Positions 37,463 to 45,016 of a stretch of 64,000 nt of DNA are shown piece by piece (position 1 is the first letter of the stretch; the number at the start of each line of letters is the position of its first letter). Position numbers and translations under genes: made by a program. The stretch lies in NCBI GenBank assembly GCA_016214745.1, contig JACRNW010000012.1:4368-68367 (forward strand), read 5' to 3'. Under the pieces are notes generated by a model that saw only the letters and a list, made by a program, of their open reading frames with translations, did no database searches and had not been told where the DNA came from. Origin of the DNA: Candidatus Falkowbacteria bacterium (lineage in GTDB: Bacteria; Patescibacteriota; Patescibacteriia; XYB2-FULL-38-15).

Positions 37463-37520
37463 TTTACTATTGACAAAATCCTCAAAATGTGGTATATTTA
37501 ATTGTTAGTAAATAGTTCTT
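37463..37520 (+). promoter_or_regulatory. Conserved promoter-leader module (TTGACAaaatcctcaaaatgtggTATATTtaattgttagtaaa), paralogous to 4333 and 49596.
   Basis: Aligned by eye to 49594..49650 (ttgacaaaatggttaaaatgtgttattctaaattgttagtaaa) and to 4333..4375. Confidence 0.55.
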
Positions 37521-37532
37521 TTAAAGGTAAAA

Positions 37533-37610
37533 CCCCCTCACTCCAACTCTCTCCCCGAAGGGGAGAGAGAGTCTCCTCGCCCCATTGGGGAGAGGATTAA
37601 GGTGAGGGGG
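37533..37610. repeat. GC-rich hairpin repeat, copy R-e (double hairpin).
   Basis: The sequence ccccctcac...ctctccccgaaggggagagagagtctcctcgccccattggggagagg...gtgaggggg has flanking inverted repeats. Confidence 0.75.
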
Positions 37611-37647
37611 CAACAAGTTCACAGTTTTCTTTTGGCGGCGCTCTGGT

Positions 37648-37827
37648 TTCTCCCCTTAAGGTAAGGGGAGATTAAGAGGGGTTATGAAAGGTGGATTTTT
37701 AAAATCACAATTCATAACGCCCCCGCCCGCCACGCAAGCCAGCCCCGCCTGCAACGCTATGCTTGCATTAGCGGGCAGGTTGCTGGCGTTGCGGGCAGGC
37801 CCAGCCCCTCTTATCTTAAGAGGGGAG
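37648..37827. repeat. Structured GC-rich direct repeat, copy 2 (partner of 36323..36499).
   Basis: About 97% identical over about 175 bp. Confidence 0.8.
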
Positions 37828-37923
37828 GAGCGAGCACAATCAAAAGAAGGCTGGGAAACCGGCGCTTCCTCTTTGCCACATCGGCGAGGAGAAAGCTTTC
37901 GCGTAAGGCGGAGGCAAAAGGAA

Positions 37924-38391
37924 ATGAAGATGGATACCCTGCGTTCCGCGTCCCACCTGCAGCGCGAGATCGGCGACGAGCTGTTCGCGGCTCTCGTGAA
38001 CTCGGACAACACCGCGGCGGTGCGGAAGTTCGCCGCGACGCTCGTCAAGTCCGCCCTCCCGACCGAGATGACGGTCGGCGGGGTCACCTACGAGATCCTC
38101 TCGTTCCTCAAGGGGGACGAGAAGAGCGTGGTCGGCCACACCATGGTCGAGCGGGCGAAGGAGATGGGCGCCAACCTCGGGGAGGAGGATTGCGAGCGCT
38201 TCCTGAAGAACCAGTCCGACATCCCCGCCGCGCTCTGCGGCAAGGTCGCCTTCGTCTTCCCGGACTTGCGGCACCCGGACGACCGCGAGTACGTCGCGGA
38301 CCTCGACTGGGGCGGCGACGGCTGGTACCTGCTCTGGGGCTGGCTCTCGCGCGACTGGCGCGGCCGCGGTCGTCTCCTTCGCCGCAAGTAA
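37924..38391 (+). CDS. DGR target protein (156 aa, high GC) with a C-terminal variable region.
   Basis: RBS aaaggaa. The last roughly 45 codons (38262..38387) align to the TR at 38735..38870. Differences fall mostly at TR adenines (AAC->GGC/CGC/GAC/CTC; GAC->GGC). The 3' 15 nt are identical (cgtctccttcgccgc). Confidence 0.75.
   Translation: MKMDTLRSASHLQREIGDELFAALVNSDNTAAVRKFAATLVKSALPTEMTVGGVTYEILSFLKGDEKSVVGHTMVERAKEMGANLGEEDCERFLKNQSDIPAALCGKVAFVFPDLRHPDDREYVADLDWGGDGWYLLWGWLSRDWRGRGRLLRRK
38262..38387 (+). repeat. DGR variable repeat (VR).
   Basis: It is homologous to the TR. All TR AAC codons are substituted in the VR. An IMH-like GC-rich 3' end is present. Confidence 0.75.
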
Positions 38392-38456
38392 TGTTTTGTA
38401 ACTCGGCCCTTCAAAAAGGCCGTGTCGCTCGGACCCTTGGACACTCGGTTCCTCGG

Positions 38457-38500
38457 GCCCTCACACATTTCGTTGTGTGAGGGCCTATTTTTTTAAACTA
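38457..38500 (+). terminator. Perfect 12-bp hairpin downstream of the VR, followed by a T-run (terminator and/or DGR homing-associated stem-loop).
   Basis: The hairpin is ggccctcacaca-tttcgt-tgtgtgagggcc, followed by ctattttttt. Confidence 0.6.
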
Positions 38501-38734
38501 AATTTTGATATACTTCAAAATAGATTTTACGGTTACGGCGTCGGCTATTGCTTATGCGCGTAGAATCTCGCCATTTCATTTTTCAGAATGCGATCGGTTA
38601 AGGCTTATCGCAGAGCAAGAATGAAGTGACTAAAATGAAGATACTTGGTGCGGCTTGTTAGGGAGACATAGCTTCTCCGAATACGATTCAACCCCGAGAG
38701 TATTCAAAGGGTGGTGGCACGGACGACAGGCCGC

Positions 38735-38870
38735 ATAATTCTGCGCAACCCGAACGGCAACCTCTACGTCGCCTACCTCAACTGGAACGACGACCGCTGG
38801 ATCGTGAACTTCAACTGGCTCGACAACGACTGGAACGACAACGATCGTCTCCTTCGCCGCCAGTCTCTTC
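38735..38870 (+). ncRNA. DGR template repeat (TR), a noncoding template rich in AAC codons.
   Basis: It contains seven in-frame AAC triplets where the VR has G/C-containing codons. The ORF called at 38711..39172 is the TR read in frame and overlaps avd on the other strand. Confidence 0.75.
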
Positions 38871-38900
38871 ATCAACGCTCCCGTCCCTTTGGGCGGGAGT

Positions 38901-39209
38901 TTATTTTCGGAAGGATTGTAAATTTTTTATCCAACCACCAAGCATTATACCGGCGGACGAAAGTTTTTGGGAGAGCCGCGCGTATTTTCCGGTATCTATT
39001 CCTTTTGCTTCCCAGAGAATTGCCACAAAAAATTTCAGATTGTCTAATTTACGATTTAATTGCAGCAAAAAGTTTAATTTATCTTCGCGTCTTGTATATT
39101 GCGCGGTTAAGGCCAATTCCAAAATATTTACGAATAATTCGTCTATTTTTTTGCCGAGCGTGTAGCGTGTGAGGCGGGGCAGATGCGTTAAAAAACTATG
39201 CCACAACAA
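38901..39209 (-). CDS. avd: DGR accessory variability determinant (Avd, four-helix-bundle protein).
   Basis: It is 102 aa. The C-terminal LGGWIKNL resembles the Bordetella Avd LGSWIARV. Four-helix-bundle / 23S-IVS family features are present. It lies between the TR and the RT but is transcribed divergently from the RT. Confidence 0.65.
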   Translation of the reverse strand: MLWHSFLTHLPRLTRYTLGKKIDELFVNILELALTAQYTRREDKLNFLLQLNRKLDNLKFFVAILWEAKGIDTGKYARLSQKLSSAGIMLGGWIKNLQSFRK

Positions 39210-39234
39210 ATAAGTTTCTTTGAAAGTGGAGATA

Positions 39235-40362
39235 ATGGGAATCTCGGTAAAATTCCGTTGGGGGGGGGGATTTAAAGGGCGGATCGTTCCGAAAATTCAA
39301 TTGGCTCATAAATTTGAAGATATTATTTCTTTAGAAAATTTATTTTTGGCCTGGCAGGAATTTTTAGTTGGCAAAAAGGGTAAGCGCGACGTCCAGATTT
39401 TTGCTCGCGACTTGGCTGATAATATTTTAGCGCTCCACGAAGATTTAGCAAATAAAACTTATCGCCACGGCGGATATGAAAGTTTTTACGTCAACGATCC
39501 GAAACGCCGACATATTCATAAAGCGGCGGCGCGCGACCGTTTACTCCATCACGCCGTTTACAGAATTCTTTATCAGTTTTTTGAAAAAACATTTATTGCC
39601 GACTCCTTTTCCTGTCGCTTAGGGAAAGGAACACACAAGGCCATTAATCGTTTCCGGGCCATGGCTTTTCGGGTAAGCCAAAATCACACGCGGACGGTTT
39701 GGGTTTTGAAATGCGACATTAAAAAGTTTTTCGCGAGCATTGACCACGAGGTTTTACTTAAAATTTTGAAAGAATATATTCCGGATGAAAATATTTTGTG
39801 GCTGCTGAAAAATGTGATAGAAAGTTTTGCCACTCTCCCCCTCACCCCTGCCCGCAACGCCAGCGCTAGCGTGGCAGGCGGGCCAACCCTCTCCCCGAAG
39901 GGGCGAGGGGACGAAAACGGTGTTGGTCTGCCGCTTGGCAATTTGACCTCGCAACTTTTCGCCAATGTTTATATGAATGTTTTTGATCAGTGGGTTAAAC
40001 ATAAACTGAAAGCCAAAAATTATTTACGCTATGCCGACGACTTTGTTTTTCTTTCCGAAAATCGTGAGTGGCTTTTGAATATCGTGCCGCAGATTAAAAA
40101 GTTTTTGGCGGAAGAATTAAAACTGACGCTTCATCCAAAGAAAATTATTTTGAAAACCGTCGTTTCGGGCGTTGATTTTTTGGGTTGGGTGTGCTTCTCG
40201 GACCATCGCGTCCTGCGGCAGACGGCGCGGCGGCGGATGTTAGCGCGTATTTTGGAAAATCCCACACAAGAAACTCTGCAATCATATTTAGGTCTTCTGA
40301 AACACGGCAATACTCTTGGAGTACGGTGGCAGACTCTTATAAATTATTGGTTGTGGGGGTGA
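39235..40362 (+). CDS. DGR reverse transcriptase.
   Basis: Motifs present: ENLFLAWQEFLVGKKGKR; GLPLGNLTSQLFANVYMN (DGR-type motif 4); LRYADDFVFL (YADD). There is no maturase/X domain and no intron structure. A G10 tract sits at 39260..39269 near the N-terminus. An in-frame GC-hairpin repeat insert lies at 39826..39912. Confidence 0.85.
   Translation: MGISVKFRWGGGFKGRIVPKIQLAHKFEDIISLENLFLAWQEFLVGKKGKRDVQIFARDLADNILALHEDLANKTYRHGGYESFYVNDPKRRHIHKAAARDRLLHHAVYRILYQFFEKTFIADSFSCRLGKGTHKAINRFRAMAFRVSQNHTRTVWVLKCDIKKFFASIDHEVLLKILKEYIPDENILWLLKNVIESFATLPLTPARNASASVAGGPTLSPKGRGDENGVGLPLGNLTSQLFANVYMNVFDQWVKHKLKAKNYLRYADDFVFLSENREWLLNIVPQIKKFLAEELKLTLHPKKIILKTVVSGVDFLGWVCFSDHRVLRQTARRRMLARILENPTQETLQSYLGLLKHGNTLGVRWQTLINYWLWG
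39826..39912. repeat. GC-rich hairpin repeat, copy R-b, inserted in-frame within the RT gene.
   Basis: It is the reverse complement of 4249..4330. It translates as ATLPLTPARNASASVAGGPTLSPKGRGDENG without stops. Confidence 0.8.
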
Positions 40363-40468
40363 TGGAATTTTTTATCAATCCTTGCCAAATAAAAAAGGTT
40401 GTGTTAATATGATTAAGTAAATTATTAATGACGGTTCGCTGGGCTACGGAGGGTAGACTCGGCAACCC

Positions 40469-40738
40469 GTGACAAAAATGTTAGACAAAAAAGCAAAAGA
40501 CAAAATTATTGAAAAGTTTCGAATTCACGAAACTGATACTGGTTCACCGCAGGTGCAGGTCGCCATTTTGACATCAGAGATCAAAGAATTGGTTGAACAC
40601 TTGAAAGAGCACAAAAAAGATTTCTCTTCCCGCCGCGGGTTGCTGAAAAAAGTCGGTGAGCGGCGCAGACTCTTGAAATATCTTGAGAGGGAAGACAAAA
40701 AGGGCCATGCCGAGTTAATGGAGAAATTAAAATTGTAA
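40469..40738 (+). CDS. rpsO: 30S ribosomal protein S15.
   Basis: The sequence reads [56 protein letters not shown]. Confidence 0.9.
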   Translation: MTKMLDKKAKDKIIEKFRIHETDTGSPQVQVAILTSEIKELVEHLKEHKKDFSSRRGLLKKVGERRRLLKYLEREDKKGHAELMEKLKL

Positions 40739-40797
40739 AAAATTTAGAGCCCCTCCTCTCGGAGGGGTTTTCGTCTTAAAAATAAGGAGGAAATTTT

Positions 40798-41319
40798 ATG
40801 GTAACTTATAAAGAGCAGCGCGTCGGAGTTTTTATCGACGTGCAAAACATGTATTATTCAGCCAAGAATTTATATAATGCAAAAGTAAATTTTGGTAATA
40901 TTTTAGAAACAGCAGTTGGAAATCGTAAATTAATTCGGGCCATCGCCTATGTTGTAAAAACAAAAACCGGCGAGGAAAAAGTTTTTTTTGAAGCGTTGGA
41001 AAAATTGGGTTTAGAAACCAGAGAAAAAGAATTAATGATTTACGATGGCGCGAAAAAAGCCGATTGGGATGTTGGAATTTGTATTGACTCAATTGCCTTG
41101 GCTGAAAGATTAGACGTCATTGTTATTGTTTCCGGCGACGGCGATTTTATTCCGCTCGTGCAATATTTAAAAATGAATAAAGGATGCCGGGTTGAATCAA
41201 TGGCTTTTCGTGAAACGACATCCACAAAATTAGTAGAAACGGTTGACAATTTTGTTGATTTGAGCCAAGATAAAAGACGGTATTTGATTAGCGGCCGGAC
41301 AAAGAGAACGATTATTTAA
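40798..41319 (+). CDS. NYN-domain (LabA/YacP-like) putative RNase.
   Basis: The sequence reads VGVFIDVQNMYYSAK ... AYVVKT ... VIVIVSGDGDFIPLVQYL. Confidence 0.7.
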   Translation: MVTYKEQRVGVFIDVQNMYYSAKNLYNAKVNFGNILETAVGNRKLIRAIAYVVKTKTGEEKVFFEALEKLGLETREKELMIYDGAKKADWDVGICIDSIALAERLDVIVIVSGDGDFIPLVQYLKMNKGCRVESMAFRETTSTKLVETVDNFVDLSQDKRRYLISGRTKRTII

Positions 41320-41324
41320 CTAAT

Positions 41325-41432
41325 CTACAAATTACAAATCATTTACAAATATACAAATAATAACGGAACGTGTTTTGTTAGATTAACGCGTCAGCAAGAA
41401 TTTGTATATTTGTATTAAATTCGTAATTTGTA
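41325..41432. mobile_element. AT-rich MITE-like element, copy B (inverted relative to copy A at 20407).
   Basis: Shares the same TIRs and internal sequence with copy A. Confidence 0.65.
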
Positions 41433-41515
41433 GTAATTTAATTTTTGATCGCCAGACAAGTAGGCTTCTTCTGGGTCACCAGAAGTCTAAAGTTTGGCGG
41501 TCAAAGCAAAAAATT

Positions 41516-43693
41516 ATGGTAAAAAAGTTTGAGTTGGAGTGGGGAGGAAAAAATTTAATTATTGAAACGGGAAAATTCGCCGGCCAGGCCAACGGCAGTT
41601 GCACGGTTCGTTACGGCGACACCTTGGTTTTGGCCACAGCCACAATGTCGGGAAATCAAAGGGAAGGAATTGATTTTTTTCCTTTGATGGTTGAGTACGA
41701 AGAAAAACTTTACGCGGCCGGAAAAATAAAAGGTTCTCGTTTTATAAAACGCGAGGGCCGTCCGACTGACGAAGCGATTTTAACAGCGCGCCTGATTGAT
41801 CGTGCGATCCGGCCGTTTTTTGATGACCGAATGAGAAACGATATTCAGGTAGTACTTTCCACTTTGTCTTGGGATCAGAAAAACGATCCGGATATCCCGG
41901 CTATGGTTGGCGCTTCAGTGGCCCTGATGATATCTGATATTCCCTGGAACGGGCCGATTGCCGCGGCAAGAGTCGGACAGATTAACGGGGAGTGGGTGTT
42001 AAATCCGACCTATGAAGCTCGGACAAAAAGTTCAATGGATGTTGTCGTGGCCGGCACGGAAGAAAAAGTTTGTATGCTTGAGGCCGGAGCGAGCGAAGTT
42101 TTGGAAACGGATGTTTTGGAAGCGATTAAGTTTGGACAGAAGCATTTAAAATCAATTACTAAATTAGTTGAAGCCATTCGCGAAGAAATAGGTAAAACTA
42201 AGATGTCCATTGTGGAAGAAGATCCGGAAGCCGCTTCCGAAAAAGAGGGATTGAAAAATAAAGTTAAAGAATTTTTGCGCGAAAAACTTGCGAGTTGTCT
42301 TTTTGACAGTAAAAAAGAAAGTAAAGCTTCGCGCCAGGAAGTTTTGGATAAGCTGGAAAAAGAATTGGAAGAATATTTAAAAGAGGAAGGGATTGGAAAA
42401 GATCGCCGAAAGGACGCCATGGGTTTTTTCTACGGAATTGTTGAAGAGGAAATCAGCCGGGTAATTTTGGAAAAAGAATTGCGGGTTGATTGCCGTGCCT
42501 TAACCGAGATTAGACCGCTCGCCGCTGAAGTGGCGTTGTTGCCCCGAACTCATGGTTCAGGATATTTTACTCGCGGTGATACGCACGTCTTGTCCGCGGT
42601 GACTTTGGGTTCGCCGGCGGACGAGCAGACTTTGGATGGGATGGAAGTTTCCGGCAAAAAAAGATTTATGCATCATTATAATTTTCCGCCCTTTTCTGTT
42701 GGTGAGGCTTCGCCGATGCGCGGACCGGGCCGGCGGGAAATTGGTCATGGCGCTCTCGCAGAACGCGCTCTTCTTCCGGTTTTGCCAAAAACGGAAATTT
42801 TCCCTTACACCATTCGCGTTGTCTCTGAAGTTTTAAGTTCCAACGGTTCTTCTTCCATGGCTTCGACCTGCGCTTCAACGTTGGCTTTGATGGATGCGGG
42901 CGTGCCGATTCACGCTCCGGTAGCGGGCATTGCCATGGGTTTGGCTTCGGACGAAAAAGGAAATTATAGAGTTTTGACAGATCTGCAAGACCTGGAAGAC
43001 AGCAAGGGCGGCATGGATTTTAAAATCGCCGGCACGAGAACGGGAATTACCGCCATTCAGATGGATACCAAAACTTTGGGATTGACCATGGAAATGGTGG
43101 AAAAAACTTTGGGGCAGGGTCGGGAAGCGAGAATGAAAATTTTGGACGTGATGGAGAGCGCGATTGCCACGCCGCGTCCGGAACTTTCGCCATACGCGCC
43201 GAGAATTATTTCTTTCAAAATTAATCCAGACAGAATTCGCGACGTCATTGGTCCTGGTGGAAAAATTATTAATGAGATTATTGATAACACGGGCGTTTCA
43301 ATTGATATTGCGAACGACGGGACAGTAGTAATTTGTTCGTCCCAGCCGCCGTCGCTTGATAAAGCCGTGGCTTGGGTTAAAAGTTTGACGCAGGAAGCTG
43401 AAGTCGGAGAAATTTATCAAGGGCCAGTCACGCGCATTCTTGATTTCGGCGCCTTCGTGGAAATTTTTCCGCACAAAGATGGACTAGTCCATATCTCGGA
43501 ACTCGCGCCGTACCGCGTAGACAAGGTAACCGACATTGTTAAAATCGGCGATGTTGTCCGAGTGAAAGTTATTAAGGTTGATGAACAGGGCAGAGTCGAT
43601 CTTTCCATAAAACGATTGCAAGAAAATGGAGATAAAAACGGCGGGCACGACCGAGACAATACGCGACCGAGAAACGATCGGCCAAGAAGATAG
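41516..43693 (+). CDS. pnp: Polynucleotide phosphorylase. The start is reassigned to MVKKFELEW.
   Basis: Two RNase PH domains, a KH domain, and a C-terminal S1 domain (GEIYQGPVTRILDFGAFVEI) are present. A 5' leader hairpin cttctgggtcaccagaag lies at about 41466. Confidence 0.95.
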   Translation: MVKKFELEWGGKNLIIETGKFAGQANGSCTVRYGDTLVLATATMSGNQREGIDFFPLMVEYEEKLYAAGKIKGSRFIKREGRPTDEAILTARLIDRAIRPFFDDRMRNDIQVVLSTLSWDQKNDPDIPAMVGASVALMISDIPWNGPIAAARVGQINGEWVLNPTYEARTKSSMDVVVAGTEEKVCMLEAGASEVLETDVLEAIKFGQKHLKSITKLVEAIREEIGKTKMSIVEEDPEAASEKEGLKNKVKEFLREKLASCLFDSKKESKASRQEVLDKLEKELEEYLKEEGIGKDRRKDAMGFFYGIVEEEISRVILEKELRVDCRALTEIRPLAAEVALLPRTHGSGYFTRGDTHVLSAVTLGSPADEQTLDGMEVSGKKRFMHHYNFPPFSVGEASPMRGPGRREIGHGALAERALLPVLPKTEIFPYTIRVVSEVLSSNGSSSMASTCASTLALMDAGVPIHAPVAGIAMGLASDEKGNYRVLTDLQDLEDSKGGMDFKIAGTRTGITAIQMDTKTLGLTMEMVEKTLGQGREARMKILDVMESAIATPRPELSPYAPRIISFKINPDRIRDVIGPGGKIINEIIDNTGVSIDIANDGTVVICSSQPPSLDKAVAWVKSLTQEAEVGEIYQGPVTRILDFGAFVEIFPHKDGLVHISELAPYRVDKVTDIVKIGDVVRVKVIKVDEQGRVDLSIKRLQENGDKNGGHDRDNTRPRNDRPRR

Positions 43694-43694
43694 G

Positions 43695-43722
43695 GCAAGC
43701 CCTTTCCCTTTTTGTTTGGGTT
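43695..43722 (+). terminator. Intrinsic terminator after pnp.
   Basis: The hairpin agggcaagccct is followed by ttccctttttgttt. Confidence 0.5.
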
Positions 43723-43786
43723 AAATAAAAGTAATATTTATTTTACCCCCCGTCATCGGTTAGTTAGAAATAATTCTGGCAAACTA

Positions 43787-44893
43787 ATGTTTTTTGAATT
43801 CTTCAAAAAAAATAGAACGAAAACCTTGCTGTGCGCGGCAGGGTTTTTGGTTATCGCAGGGCTTGTAGGATTTTCTTTTTGGTTTTATTTTAATTTTTTG
43901 AAAAGCGAGGAAGCATTTTTGGAAGTTGTGCCGGCTGATGCGGCAGTCTATTGGCATAGTGATTCTGGCCGAGGCGCGGATGATGCTTGGCTTTGGGCAA
44001 TGTCCCGGGCAACGCTTTCTCACGAAGCGGCAGACCAGACTAATTTTTTGGAAGAATTTTTGGCGCCGGAGACAAGTGAAATGGGTTTTGTGATTCTGCC
44101 GGACTTTGCGGACTTTGTTTTTTTCGGCCGGGTTGACGCTCCGAAATTTAATTTACTGAGGAGTAAATTAGAAGAACAAAATTATCATTATATTTTTGAA
44201 GACGGCAACAGAGCGATAATTTCAAGCACAAGGTCTGGTCTTGGAGAGGCGGTCGCAGTTTTAAGCCAAGAAAAATCATCTATGGCCGATCAGAAAATGA
44301 AATTGATGTCCTTTAACAGAGCAAGGCGCCGTTCGTCAGCTCAAATTTATTTTGGAGAAAATTTTAAAATAGATGATTTCCGCGCCATGTCCTGGAATTC
44401 TGATTTTTGGTCGAGCAATAAATTAACTATAGCCGCGAAAAGGGGAGCAGAGGTCGGTTTAGATGTCGCTGATTTTGATTTTTTGGCCGTTTCAGACGAT
44501 GAGTACCTTAAAGAGAACATGGAAAAAATTCTGAAAGACGATTTGGCCGTACTTTTGCCGGAAATTCGTGAGAAAATTTTGCCCGATAAGACTGTAGTCA
44601 AGGAACTTTTGGCCAACCCTGACGCTTTTTTGTTTGAAGACAAGAAGATTGGCGTTTTTTTGGTTCATTATCTTTTTGTGTCGGCCATAAATCAAGAGTT
44701 TTTGGTTGGAGAGGAGCGTCAGAAAGTAATTATCAGCAATTCAACCGGAATGTTTGAGAATTTTTTGGCTGATTCGGTTCGCCGGCCGGATTATTACGGA
44801 AAAAATTTGATAGAGTTGATTTTAGGCGGGTTAAAATGGCTGACAGCGGATTTTAATGGAGTAATTTTTGAAATTAATGTGGATAACCTGTGA
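43787..44893 (+). CDS. Membrane-anchored hypothetical protein.
   Basis: An N-terminal TM segment reads LLCAAGFLVIAGLVGFSFWFYF. No motif was recognised. Confidence 0.45.
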   Translation: MFFEFFKKNRTKTLLCAAGFLVIAGLVGFSFWFYFNFLKSEEAFLEVVPADAAVYWHSDSGRGADDAWLWAMSRATLSHEAADQTNFLEEFLAPETSEMGFVILPDFADFVFFGRVDAPKFNLLRSKLEEQNYHYIFEDGNRAIISSTRSGLGEAVAVLSQEKSSMADQKMKLMSFNRARRRSSAQIYFGENFKIDDFRAMSWNSDFWSSNKLTIAAKRGAEVGLDVADFDFLAVSDDEYLKENMEKILKDDLAVLLPEIREKILPDKTVVKELLANPDAFLFEDKKIGVFLVHYLFVSAINQEFLVGEERQKVIISNSTGMFENFLADSVRRPDYYGKNLIELILGGLKWLTADFNGVIFEINVDNL

Positions 44894-45016
44894 ACAAGAA
44901 TATCGTTCTTCTGGGGATAACTGGCCATTAATTTTAAACAACAAAATGATTTTTCTTTTAAATAAGCCAAAGTTTTAGGATTGACAAGAAGGCTTATTTC
45001 ATGATATAATATCTAT

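Noticed and set aside
37684-37923. N-terminal extension of the DGR target ORF (MKGGFLKSQFITPPPATQASPACNAMLALAGRLLALRAGPAPL...)
   Set aside because: This stretch is the GC-rich direct repeat (copy 2) translated by chance in a stop-poor high-GC sequence. A good RBS and ATG occur at 37924, so the start was moved there.
38711-39172. 153-aa ORF on the + strand starting MVARTTGRIILRNPNGNLYVAYLNWNDDRW...
   Set aside because: Its first third is the DGR template repeat read in frame (rich in Asn/AAC codons). The rest overlaps the opposite-strand avd gene. Treated as noncoding TR, not a protein.
39235-40362. Group II intron or retron interpretation of the reverse transcriptase
   Set aside because: There is no maturase/X or endonuclease domain and no intron RNA domains V/VI. 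There is no msr/msd-like inverted repeat structure. The presence of a TR/VR pair with adenine-specific differences plus an Avd gene fits a DGR instead.
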